Of a DNA stretch of 64,000 nt, positions 47,401 through 55,935 are shown piece by piece. The translations under genes were made by a program, and so were the position numbers. The number at the start of each line of letters is the position of its first letter. Position 1 is the stretch's first letter. The DNA is from a virus (Duplodnaviria; Caudoviricetes). Under the pieces are notes generated by a model that made no database searches, was not told where the DNA came from, and worked only from the letters and a program-made list of their open reading frames with translations. The stretch spans positions 128,001 to 192,000 of IMG/VR virus record IMGVR_UViG_3300010429_000387; one strand, 5' to 3'.

Positions 47401-48765
47401 GGGGACAATGGGGAAGATGCCACGGACAACTTCGTGGTCACCTCGACCAACCCCTATGGCTCTGCCGGAACGGGCGTCCCTGGGCAGACCTACACGGATG
47501 AGCGCACGGGCCTCAGGTTCACGGTCCTCCCGGCTTCGGGTGGTTCGTACACCTCTGGTGGGCACTTCTCCCTGAACGTCTCCCAGACCTTCGAGGTGAA
47601 CCCTGGGGTCCCCTTCCTGGCAATCCCAGGCTTGGAGACCATCGTGACGAACACGGTCAACGTGGGAGTCAACGACACGGCCAACGTCCAGACCTTCAAC
47701 CCGAGCGGGCTGGAGCCGAAGAACGGGGACTTCTACTTCATCTCCTACCGGTTCCTGAAGCAGGACTACTCGACCAGGATCTACCGTCAGTTCAAGACCA
47801 TCGAGGCGAACTACGGCAAGCTCTCAGCCGAGAACCGGGTCACCCTTGGAGCCTACTTGGCGATCCTCAACGGGGCCGTCCTGGTGGGTGTCAAGCAAGT
47901 CCACAAGGTCCCCAACACGAACCAGGCGTCTGCTCAGGTCTTCATCGACGCCATCAACAACCTCGCAACCCCGCTGCCTGGGAACATCAAGCCTGACCTC
48001 CTGGTCCCCCTCTCGACGGACACAGCGGTCTACTCGTTCCTGACCCAGCATTGCGAGATCATGAGCAACATCCGCAACCAGTCGGAGCGGATGGGCTTCA
48101 TCGGGTTCGCTTCGGGTACCAGCCCCACGAATGCTCAGACGGTGGCCCGTAGCCTCTTCAGCCAGAGGATCGTCGCCTTCTACCCGGACTCGGCAGTCAT
48201 CACCCTCTCGAATGAGCTTGGTGAGACCTTCGAGACCCTGGTGGACGGAACCTTCTTCGCTGCTGCTGCTTCGGGTGCGGTCTGCTCCCCAGCAGTTGAC
48301 GTGGCAACCCCCTACACCCGTCGTCGGATTCAGGGCTTCACCCGGATCCCCCGTATCCTCGACCCGGTGGAAGCCAACCAGACTGCGGTTGCTGGTGTGA
48401 CCCTCCTGGAGGACCTGGACCCCATCGTCCGGATTCGTCAGGGCCTCACGACCAACATGACCTCGGTCCTCACCCGTCTCCCGACGGTCACCCAGATTGC
48501 TGACTATGTCAGCATCAACAGCCGCTCGGTCCTCGATGCCTTCGTCGGGACCAAGTTCCTGTCGAGCCGGACCAATGAAGTCGAGGTCTCGATGACCTCG
48601 CTCTTCAACCAGCTCATCCAGCAGGAGATCGTGGCTGCCTTCACGGGTATCTCGGCAGTCATCGACCCAGAGGATCCCACGATTCTCCGTGCCGAAGCCT
48701 ACTACCAGCCGATCTTCCCGCTCCTGTACCTGGTCCTCACGTTCAACCTGCGTGCCCGGATCTGA
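44446..48765 (+). CDS. Contractile tail sheath protein with large insertions
   Basis: N-terminal YVPPGVYSRT; C-terminal sheath core (RIRQGLTT...IADYV...YQPIFPLLYLVLTFNL); GAGGAG RBS. Confidence 0.88.
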   Translation: MALGPFSTYVPPGVYSRTLTEANVAALVAGLRIPVIIGVGQEELEQLDLEMVRGSSSTLDQQIVNEDVTLRWIVDDTNPTNPTLGANDGTKTRFKVRNFPLVDGQGFGRTTNDVRSVTVTVDGIPVAVGSVRGSSGEVILQVPPPSTAVVRCTYFFHRGDTAFTDDVSDQVTATAATIITPGFEPYNIVAGSNDTLKIRVDGGVEYTVTFLPGSGTTAASLKTQIDAGVIAGLSTSVFVANDGSNHLQFTAQTSIEIGTGSVNGILGLSNGQKTSRNQSFRVYQIPMVDGTSGGVTTTDPSKVVVKVNNVQVIPTSVDGTHGLVTLGFAPPPGSSVVITYWANTWQDTFDYLPNTLVTNVIRAGISPNRSDYIQGQDFVVSNPSPDVSIIHWGASYSVSSTLRTPGAEPLDESQIIPTMVDDKLWLAPCTAFVDTSVIPARASTTVFVLPEVPTTGNGRDTVLGTQTYSSIANSRMDLVTNRPDLVIARVGRTLRDALGRPAAKVVAVDGSSKKIVLKDPLPPDWNVYATFNYSRLVDDTYIFTNKTPGPIGQGQYEVFSSLFNSNLYQVRFGSKGGGLVETVQWPRGVEQVPDAMHVGGTPVGETVTVTFGQAAATNAVFTNKGAQPFSFYSPSSATWRTLLNGNPVVSTNLVTASRAYMVSKPVKLSGGGNITITSASNDLFNLTIDGVDIDVSLTPGTRTPAQIATDINAAIDADPAFSSVTNNYMCTAIPGPGTGYTFFVIRSYSTPGALPGGFDHQSYVRIRQGTAESTLGFTTFQRADGTTGAVNKPATLVGANAEAFVFTSGLNDVLKVRINGVDFQVTINPSSTTATLVVADINAVIASQGTASVGTLGNLNHVRITSNINSEQSSVVILNGSANATLGFSEGDFASQSRVNVQEVVNRLMATPNIAVTSWGSAGSPGTAPTANTTGAVVYPTTIAGQVYLTIESLVVGSASSIAFGTGANSAFNILTGTQITPGTDGDNGEDATDNFVVTSTNPYGSAGTGVPGQTYTDERTGLRFTVLPASGGSYTSGGHFSLNVSQTFEVNPGVPFLAIPGLETIVTNTVNVGVNDTANVQTFNPSGLEPKNGDFYFISYRFLKQDYSTRIYRQFKTIEANYGKLSAENRVTLGAYLAILNGAVLVGVKQVHKVPNTNQASAQVFIDAINNLATPLPGNIKPDLLVPLSTDTAVYSFLTQHCEIMSNIRNQSERMGFIGFASGTSPTNAQTVARSLFSQRIVAFYPDSAVITLSNELGETFETLVDGTFFAAAASGAVCSPAVDVATPYTRRRIQGFTRIPRILDPVEANQTAVAGVTLLEDLDPIVRIRQGLTTNMTSVLTRLPTVTQIADYVSINSRSVLDAFVGTKFLSSRTNEVEVSMTSLFNQLIQQEIVAAFTGISAVIDPEDPTILRAEAYYQPIFPLLYLVLTFNLRARI

Positions 48766-48782
48766 TTCGTAAGTAGGCTTGG

Positions 48783-48824
48783 AAACGGCCGTATCTCTTC
48801 GGAGGTACGGCCGTTTTCGTTTTA
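48783..48824 (+). terminator. Rho-independent terminator after sheath
   Basis: AAACGGCCGTATCTC-TTCG-GAGGTACGGCCGTTTT. Confidence 0.85.
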
Positions 48825-48839
48825 TGACCCTCTGTGAGT

Positions 48840-49598
48840 ATGGCCTACGTCCCGTCCACTATCTATCGAACGGTGTACGACATCAACTTCACTGCCGAGA
48901 GTTCCCAGACTTTCAGCGCTGATCAGAACTACACCATGGGCGGGGCGACATGGGTGAAGCAGGGGACCTCTTATGAAGACTCGGCCGCTTCTGTTGGCTC
49001 CGGGGGCCTTGTCATACGCCCAAACCAGACTTCAGATTGGAACATTACGGGAAGCGGACGCAACCTTCCTATGTTGAAGCTCCCTATCAAGAACGCATTC
49101 AGTGGGTTCTCCATGCCAAGTAGGCTTAGGGTCTGGGCCTACAACCCAAGCAATGATGCCGCCAACAACTATGAGGATGCGGTCATCACCGTTGGGTCTG
49201 GGGATTCAACTCTTGAGTTTGTTGTCAAGAGAGGACGGGGTCTGAGTGGGAATGGACTCTCACCGGCCTACACGTCTACAGTCGTCAGGGGTAACAACTA
49301 CCTAGACAACGTGATGACCCTAGGAACTTCAAATGATGTCATCGTGTTTGACATTCCAAGCCTGTACATGGCGAACTTCAAGGTGTACTACGGCGCATAC
49401 ACTGCGAACGGTTGGCCTGGACTTGGATCGATGAGTTTGGCCTTGCCTTGGGACTACTACGCCAGCAACTTGGTCTCAGCCTCTATCCTCACTGCTTTGG
49501 CCTCTGATAAAGTCTCAGTGTGCCTAGGGGCTCAGAGGTCTGGTTCTGGGACAGCCTACACAGTCAGGTTTGACCGACTCCGGATCGATGTGGGCTAG
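48840..49598 (+). CDS. Hypothetical beta-sandwich (lectin/concanavalin-like) protein
   Basis: S/N/G/Y-rich; ends VRFDRLRID; less biased codon usage than neighbours. Confidence 0.6.
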   Translation: MAYVPSTIYRTVYDINFTAESSQTFSADQNYTMGGATWVKQGTSYEDSAASVGSGGLVIRPNQTSDWNITGSGRNLPMLKLPIKNAFSGFSMPSRLRVWAYNPSNDAANNYEDAVITVGSGDSTLEFVVKRGRGLSGNGLSPAYTSTVVRGNNYLDNVMTLGTSNDVIVFDIPSLYMANFKVYYGAYTANGWPGLGSMSLALPWDYYASNLVSASILTALASDKVSVCLGAQRSGSGTAYTVRFDRLRIDVG

Positions 49599-49626
49599 AA
49601 TCCTTCTATGCAGCGGAGCAAGTGAC

Positions 49627-50850
49627 ATGTACACCAATCGGACTGCCCGAGAGCTTCACGCCAGGCTTCTCCTCTCTATGTCAATGGAGGATGCCAAGGA
49701 AATCCTAGGCTTTCCACCTGGGTCAAGCCCTTCCCCTTCGGAAGTAGCCAGGGCGTACAAGCGCAAGGCCCTGGAGAACCACCCTGATCGGGGTGGGGAC
49801 CCAAGGAAGATGGTGGAGGTCAATGTTGCCAAGGAAGTCTTGGACGGGAAGTCTCGTGGTGACTTCGTCCGGCAGCAGAACGAGGAGGAGAAGAAGAGGC
49901 GTGAAGCCCTTCTGAGGGACCTCGCTACCATCGACCGGGCCAAGAAGCAGGCCGTTCAGGCTATGGCAAACCACTCTCTGTACGTGTTTTCCTTCCGGAT
50001 TCGGGAGCCCTTCCGGGTTTTCCTTATGGATGACTTCGCAGAGGTCCTGGACTTGGTTCATGACCATGCTGAGAAGGGACTCAAGAAGCCCGCCTCCAAG
50101 GATGACGAGAAGGCCCTGAAGAGTGTCCTGGGGGTCATTAAGGAGATGAACGGGATCACCCTTCGGATTGCCAGTAAGTACCGTGGGCTCTCCAACCCTG
50201 GGGAGATCATGCTCTCCCAGCTTGAGGACCGGTACGAGAGTGGCGTGGCTATCCAGAAGATGATGGAAGACCTCTTCGCCAAGTCGAGGCAACTGAATGG
50301 CCTTCTGATGACGGGCCTTGGTCCGACCTATGAAGATGCCATCTCCATCCCGGATAAGGTCTGTGATCGCTACCTGAATGCCCATTCTTGGTTGGAGTCC
50401 TACATACGGGACCTCTCATCCTTCGACCCGAGTGACCTTCAGAAGGTACTGAAGAAGGTCGAGGAGGCTGTGACCGAGGTGCTCGACATCCTGAAGGACC
50501 GGAAGGTGAACCCCAGGGACTTCGACATCTCGCCCAACTGGCAGAGCTGGGACATCCCGGACAGCTTCGACCTTGCCGAGGTGGCAATCCGAAACCCAGT
50601 CAAGCACGCAAGCCAGGACGACGTGATTGCCCTTCGTGTGGCAGCCAGATACAAGGAGGCCGCCCCAAGAGGTAAGGCCCAGGTAGCCATCATGGAGTAC
50701 CTCAAGAGCGGAGATGAGGTACAGCTCACCGACATGACCCGACACCCGTCCTTTCGAGGGGTTCACTTTTCGGCCATCCAGTCGGCTGCTGAAGCCCTGA
50801 AGAAGCAAGGGCTGATCGAGTACAACGGCAAGACTCTCAAGAAAAAGTAA
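49627..50850 (+). CDS. DnaJ J-domain protein with C-terminal winged-helix-like module
   Basis: AKEILG...VARAYKRKALENHPDRGGD J-domain; C-terminal IMEYLK...EALKKQGLIEY. Confidence 0.8.
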   Translation: MYTNRTARELHARLLLSMSMEDAKEILGFPPGSSPSPSEVARAYKRKALENHPDRGGDPRKMVEVNVAKEVLDGKSRGDFVRQQNEEEKKRREALLRDLATIDRAKKQAVQAMANHSLYVFSFRIREPFRVFLMDDFAEVLDLVHDHAEKGLKKPASKDDEKALKSVLGVIKEMNGITLRIASKYRGLSNPGEIMLSQLEDRYESGVAIQKMMEDLFAKSRQLNGLLMTGLGPTYEDAISIPDKVCDRYLNAHSWLESYIRDLSSFDPSDLQKVLKKVEEAVTEVLDILKDRKVNPRDFDISPNWQSWDIPDSFDLAEVAIRNPVKHASQDDVIALRVAARYKEAAPRGKAQVAIMEYLKSGDEVQLTDMTRHPSFRGVHFSAIQSAAEALKKQGLIEYNGKTLKKK

Positions 50851-50891
50851 CCTCTTGGTTGAAAGAACCTCCCCTGGTCCGTTGTAGAGCT

Positions 50892-51233
50892 ATGACGACC
50901 TCGAACTACTCCAAGACGGACTGGGAAGTTGACCTGACCTCGGACCTCGTGTCCACGGGCTACAATGAGGACGGCGAGGAAGTCATCCGGGAGTGCTTCT
51001 ACGTGACCCTGACGAACAGCTTCGGGGACCGATACCGCTCGAACTTCTCGTCTTTCAACAGGAAGGACGTTGAGGTTCATGAGAAGAAGGTGGCTCGTCA
51101 CCTGGTCCTCGGTTGTTCACCTGTGGGCTCCTCCAAGTGGACCCCGCACTACCCGGTGTACGGTTCACCGGCATATTCGTCTTACGGGGCGGCAGAAGAG
51201 GTCGCCTGGGAACGCAAGATGGATGCAGCATGA
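50892..51233 (+). CDS. Hypothetical protein
   Basis: PVYGSPAY motif common in small phage accessory proteins; CGTTGTA just upstream. Confidence 0.6.
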   Translation: MTTSNYSKTDWEVDLTSDLVSTGYNEDGEEVIRECFYVTLTNSFGDRYRSNFSSFNRKDVEVHEKKVARHLVLGCSPVGSSKWTPHYPVYGSPAYSSYGAAEEVAWERKMDAA

Positions 51234-51289
51234 TTGATGCTCTTTGGTTGGGGGTTCTTTCTATGAGCCCCCACTGAAGATACCTGGAG

Positions 51290-54200
51290 ATGGACATGGC
51301 CTTGAAGATCGACGAACGGCTCCTCGTTGCAGCGGCAGACGGTACCCCCAAGAATGACGACCGGGAGACCGCTCCAGGCCGTCTGCTGGACCTCATGGTC
51401 CTGGTGCTGGCAATCGACGCCTACACCATCGGTGGGGACGACCAGCAGTTCCTCGACAAGGGCCTGGCTCTCTACAGGATGCACCGTAGTTCCATTGAAG
51501 AGGCTGCCAAGAAGCACCTCGACTCACTGATGGAGCGTCCTGATGCGGGAACGGTCAGTGCGAAGTACCGACTCATGGAGCAGGTGGACCCGAGCAAGAA
51601 GGCTCGGTTCATCGAGGAGTTCATGGTCTGGATCAAGCGCCGGACCACCCTCATGCGGGACGTGTTCCCCGGCCGGACCTATGCCAATGCTGCCAAGGTA
51701 GCGGCTGCCTGTGAGGAGCCGGATCTCGAAACCAGGATGCAAAAGCTGGCGGTTGTTCCGACCAGCTCAGGTCTTTCCTCGATGTTCAAGTGGGTCCGCA
51801 AGGGTGCAGAACTCTTGGGAGCCCCAGCCCCGACGGTCGAAGCCATCTCTGCCCAGGTCGAGGGTGCTCAGGCGATTGCTGAGGAGATGAAGGAAGCTGA
51901 CCGGAAGATCAATGTGGAGCCGGTGGGTTCCCCGACTCGGGCAGCCCTGGAAGACAGGAAGCTCGACCTGGCTGCTGACCTCAATGAGGCAGTCGAGGAG
52001 TCTGACGACCCTCAGATTGTTGGGTCAGCAGCAGCTAGCAAGTTTGCGGCACCTTCCAGGACGGCTCAGAAGTTTGGCCTGACTCCCGAGCAGGAAGACG
52101 TGATGCGCTCGATGGGGAAGGTGGTCATCGCTGCTGGAGCAGGTTCGGGCAAGACCCAGACCCTTGTTGCCACCATCGCCCACCTCGTTGAGGAGAAGGG
52201 CTACATGCCGAGCCAGATCATGGCTTGCTCCTTCACGGTGGCTGCCTCCACTGAGCTTGAGGCTCGTGTGACCGAGAGGGCAGGGATCCATGGGGCCAGG
52301 ATTGGCACCACCCACTCGATGGCTCGTGAGATCATCACGAAGAACCGACCTGGCCTGGCTCAGGCAGTCAAGAACACCAAGGCAGCGGACAAGCTCTTCA
52401 AGATTGCCATGAAGCAGGTCCCTCTGGACCCCAAGGCTCATGAGAAGGCTCTGGAGCAGAACAAGGATACGATGGCTCGGATCGAAGCCATCCCTGGGTG
52501 GCGTTCGATTGAGATCCTACGCTCCTTCCATGACCAGCTCGCAAGGGGTCGGACCCTCTCTGAAAAGCAGATGGCCGTCATCCCCAAGTTCGAGGGTCGT
52601 GGAGGTGGTGGCTACGGGGGTGGAGGGTACCGCCGTCGGTATGCTGAGGAAGAGGTACCGGCTGTCAACGCAGTTCGGGCAGCTATGTCCCAAGCTCAGC
52701 TCCCCCTCCCAGGGGTTCCGGTTGTTGCCGCTGACTCGGATGCCCCTAGTGACGACCGGATCAGTCCCTACTGGACCACTCCCTGTGGTCAGTGGTTCAA
52801 CATTGGCAAGCCCATCGTGGGTGATGACCAGAAGCCGATGGGGGAGAAGAGGGCCAAGCTGGCCGTCGAGAACTTCAAGAATGCGGGTCAGACGGTAGAG
52901 CAGGTCCGGGCAGAGATGGGTGATGACCATCCTCTGGCGGCTCTCTATGGGGCCTACGAATGGCTCAAGCAGAACGACCCGGTGATGGCCCCGGCTATGG
53001 ATTTCACCGATCAGCTCGTTGTGGCTCTGGACATCCTGAAGAACGACCCGGCAGCTCGGGCAGCCGAACAGCGTCGTTTCAAGGCAGTTCTGGTTGATGA
53101 GGCTCAGGATCTCAACCAGATCCAGTTCGAGATGTTCCAGATCCTTGGGGAGAAGGCAGACCTTCTCGGCTTCATTGGGGATGACAAGCAGAGCATCTAC
53201 GCCTTCCGTGGCGCAAAGCCCAAGAACTACGTGGATTTGTCCAAGCAGGAGGGCTTCCAGACCAAGCTCATGACGATGAACTTCCGCTCTGGGAAGGCCA
53301 TCGTCGATGCTGCCAACAAGCTCATCGCCCACAATGCGGATCGTCAGATCCCGATGACTTGTGACGCTGACGTGGAGCGCAAGGGCATGGGGGCTATCCG
53401 GACTCGGGATGCAGCCGACCATGAGGATGCAGCCGACCAGGTAGCTCAGGAGATCAAGGACTCGTGTGATGCCGGGGACTCCCCCAAGGACTTCGGGATC
53501 CTGGTCCGGAACAATGCCGAGCACGACGCCTACACCCTGGCCCTCTTGGTTCGGGGCATCCCCTACCGCCTTCTCAAGCGTGGTGATGGTGGGTACTTTG
53601 GAAAGCCACTGGTCCGGGCTCTGACTGCCTGGATGCGGTTGGTGGTTGGCGGGAGCAACGAAGCCGTCAACGAAGCCGTTCTTGATGCCCACATGACCCC
53701 TGGCTTCGGGCTGGACAAGCAGTTCGGTGCGGGCCTCTCTCGAAGTGCTCGGGGTCAGAGCTACCTCGACTACATTCTAGGTGGGAACCCAGTGTACTTC
53801 GGGAAGGCTGACTGGATGAACAAGCGTGTGGCTGAGTATGCCAACGCTATCCGGACTGTTTCCGCTGTTGGGGGCATGGACTCCCCCTCTCTCATCCGGG
53901 CCATCCTGAACATCAAGGGTCAGAAGGGAACCTTCGAGGACGCCCTGATGAAGTTGGTGGATGAGGATGACGTGATCGAGGAGGACGGTGCTGAAGCCGG
54001 TGAGGAGGCCATCCGGAATGCGGCTATGGCACCTCTTCGCCCTCTCATGATCATGGCTGAGAACTTCAAGGACCCAGAGAATCTCCTTGGGTTCATCGCT
54101 AAGATGAAGGCGGCCAACGAGAAGGCCCAGAAGAAGAACCCAGAGGACAAGGAAGACTGGAAGGAGCCTGCTGTTCTGGTTGGCACCGTCCACGGGTGGA

Positions 54201-54805
54201 AGGGCCTCCAGGCTAAGCACTGCTATGTGTGCATGGCGGGAGGGGTCTTCCCCAACTTCCGGAGTGACGAGAAGGAAGCAGCAGGGGACGAGACCGCTTT
54301 CGATGAAGAGCGTCGTCTAGCCTATGTCGCCATCACCCGAGGCGAACAATCGGTGACGGTCATGGCCCCCCAGAAGAACTACCTCGGGAAGCCTGCCCCT
54401 ATGTCCCGGTTCATCGCTGAGGCGTGTATTCCAGTGGTGGGTGAGAAGGCCCAGGCTGAAGCAGAGCGAGGGGACGCCCCGAACGATGAGCAGCTTGTCT
54501 TTGCTGACCCAAGTCAGGACCAAGCAGGACCAAACGACAGGACCGCAAGCACGATCAGGTCAGGTCTTTTCCAGAGGGCCTTCCTGGCCTTCAGCCATGG
54601 TATGGAGCCTTCGGCCTTCGATGACCTGGTGGAGTCGGACCTTCTGACGGACCCGACGATTGGTACCTCCGGACCTTGTGGGGGTGACTGCGAAGGCGGC
54701 TGCAAGGATGGTGGCGAGTGTGAAGGCGGCTGCAAGGGCGGTTGTGGAGACAAGGCATCCGAGGATGGGGTGACCTGCCCCTGTGAGTACGACTACGCTC
54801 GGTAG
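51290..54805 (+). CDS. UvrD/PcrA-like SF1 helicase with N-terminal extension, insertion and Cys-rich tail
   Basis: AGAGSGKT, LVDEAQD, GDDKQSIYAFRGA, NFRS, ILVRNN, TVHGWKGLQ, EERRLAYVAITR. Confidence 0.93.
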   Translation: MDMALKIDERLLVAAADGTPKNDDRETAPGRLLDLMVLVLAIDAYTIGGDDQQFLDKGLALYRMHRSSIEEAAKKHLDSLMERPDAGTVSAKYRLMEQVDPSKKARFIEEFMVWIKRRTTLMRDVFPGRTYANAAKVAAACEEPDLETRMQKLAVVPTSSGLSSMFKWVRKGAELLGAPAPTVEAISAQVEGAQAIAEEMKEADRKINVEPVGSPTRAALEDRKLDLAADLNEAVEESDDPQIVGSAAASKFAAPSRTAQKFGLTPEQEDVMRSMGKVVIAAGAGSGKTQTLVATIAHLVEEKGYMPSQIMACSFTVAASTELEARVTERAGIHGARIGTTHSMAREIITKNRPGLAQAVKNTKAADKLFKIAMKQVPLDPKAHEKALEQNKDTMARIEAIPGWRSIEILRSFHDQLARGRTLSEKQMAVIPKFEGRGGGGYGGGGYRRRYAEEEVPAVNAVRAAMSQAQLPLPGVPVVAADSDAPSDDRISPYWTTPCGQWFNIGKPIVGDDQKPMGEKRAKLAVENFKNAGQTVEQVRAEMGDDHPLAALYGAYEWLKQNDPVMAPAMDFTDQLVVALDILKNDPAARAAEQRRFKAVLVDEAQDLNQIQFEMFQILGEKADLLGFIGDDKQSIYAFRGAKPKNYVDLSKQEGFQTKLMTMNFRSGKAIVDAANKLIAHNADRQIPMTCDADVERKGMGAIRTRDAADHEDAADQVAQEIKDSCDAGDSPKDFGILVRNNAEHDAYTLALLVRGIPYRLLKRGDGGYFGKPLVRALTAWMRLVVGGSNEAVNEAVLDAHMTPGFGLDKQFGAGLSRSARGQSYLDYILGGNPVYFGKADWMNKRVAEYANAIRTVSAVGGMDSPSLIRAILNIKGQKGTFEDALMKLVDEDDVIEEDGAEAGEEAIRNAAMAPLRPLMIMAENFKDPENLLGFIAKMKAANEKAQKKNPEDKEDWKEPAVLVGTVHGWKGLQAKHCYVCMAGGVFPNFRSDEKEAAGDETAFDEERRLAYVAITRGEQSVTVMAPQKNYLGKPAPMSRFIAEACIPVVGEKAQAEAERGDAPNDEQLVFADPSQDQAGPNDRTASTIRSGLFQRAFLAFSHGMEPSAFDDLVESDLLTDPTIGTSGPCGGDCEGGCKDGGECEGGCKGGCGDKASEDGVTCPCEYDYAR

Positions 54806-54808
54806 CCG

Positions 54809-54817
54809 GTCGGTGTA
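54809..54817 (+). promoter_or_regulatory. GTCGGTGTA promoter-like motif (leaderless gene)
   Basis: CGGTG-TAGACT-6 nt-ATG 54828. Confidence 0.55.
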
Positions 54818-54827
54818 GACTCCGACC

Positions 54828-55679
54828 ATGCAGGTGTCGGAGCTTCAGTTCCAAGTTCTCGTTGACCCAGGGCTCCCCTCGATTGTGAGTGGAGCCCTGT
54901 GCTTTGAGACCGGAGCTACTCGGGAGCAGTTGGGTCCTGGGGTCTACGAGCACCATGGTGCTGGGTTCCGACCTGAGGACCCTGGAGCCCTCACTCGGTT
55001 CTACGAGGACCTTCTCCTGGGAACACCCCTACCCCTCGTCTTTGCCACCAAAGAGGTTCGTGGGCCTGACACCCTCCTGGCGATAGCTCTCTTCCTGCAC
55101 CGGGAGCTTGCCCTTGTCCCAGCCGCTACAGGGTTGGTGGCCGGGGTAGACCTCTACCATCGTTGGGGGCCTCCACTCCTTGCCCATATCGAACCGGCCC
55201 TTGCTGGGTTCCTCCGGACCTTCGACAAGTTCTTCCCCTCCAACCTGACCAAGAGGGAGCGTGGAGAGAGGATCGGAATGGGTGCTCAATGGGTTCGAGA
55301 GTTCCTTCTGGAAGGGAACCTCCCCAACCTGGGGACTCCTCTGCCTGAGGTTCGAGTAGTGGACATTGGGTCTAACAGCTTCGTTCTTGCTGAAACCATG
55401 TCCCCCTCCGTTGAAGCCTGGGAGGTACTGTACAGATCCGGGCACCTACGAGGGGTCCTTCTGGGACCTGATCTTGAGGGTCTTCGAGTTGTTCTTGCCT
55501 CCAGGAAGCACGAGCGAGCATGGCCTGGGATGGGCAATGCTGTGGTGTTCCTAAATGACTTGGAGGGTCTTTCTGGGGGTCAACCCGAGTGGACCTGTGA
55601 TGGGTCCTATCTACGTTCACCACCTGTGGGCTCACGGATCCTCCCCTCCCACCTGCTGGAAGTATTTTTGAGAATGTAA
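54828..55679 (+). CDS. Hypothetical protein, possibly degenerate DHH-like fold
   Basis: 283-aa ORF; YEHH and DTLLAIALF are reminiscent of DHH-like proteins. Confidence 0.55.
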   Translation: MQVSELQFQVLVDPGLPSIVSGALCFETGATREQLGPGVYEHHGAGFRPEDPGALTRFYEDLLLGTPLPLVFATKEVRGPDTLLAIALFLHRELALVPAATGLVAGVDLYHRWGPPLLAHIEPALAGFLRTFDKFFPSNLTKRERGERIGMGAQWVREFLLEGNLPNLGTPLPEVRVVDIGSNSFVLAETMSPSVEAWEVLYRSGHLRGVLLGPDLEGLRVVLASRKHERAWPGMGNAVVFLNDLEGLSGGQPEWTCDGSYLRSPPVGSRILPSHLLEVFLRM

Positions 55680-55699
55680 GGGCAACCCAGGGGGTTATC

Positions 55700-55906
55700 G
55701 TGTTGCCAGTGACTATCGACCAAGAGACACGAGAAAGTCGTGTAGTTGAGAGACTTTACCCTCTTACCGAGGACGGGTTGGACCTTCTGAGTGAGGTCGA
55801 TGCTTTACCCCCTCCCCCGCTAGTTCCAGGTTTCGCCAGGGACACTATCCCTTGTCCTCCCCCGGATCCCAACGAGTGGACCTCGGATGAGGATCCGGGG
55901 TGGTGA
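55700..55906 (+). CDS. Small acidic Pro-rich hypothetical protein
   Basis: GTG start after GGGGG; RDTIPCPPP motif. Confidence 0.45.
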   Translation: MLPVTIDQETRESRVVERLYPLTEDGLDLLSEVDALPPPPLVPGFARDTIPCPPPDPNEWTSDEDPGW

Positions 55907-55935
55907 ATCTTGTTGTCCGTCTTCTGCTCTAGGAG

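Noticed and set aside
52410-52800. Intein in the helicase insertion
   Set aside because: No C/S start with HN-C/S/T end and no homing endonuclease motifs
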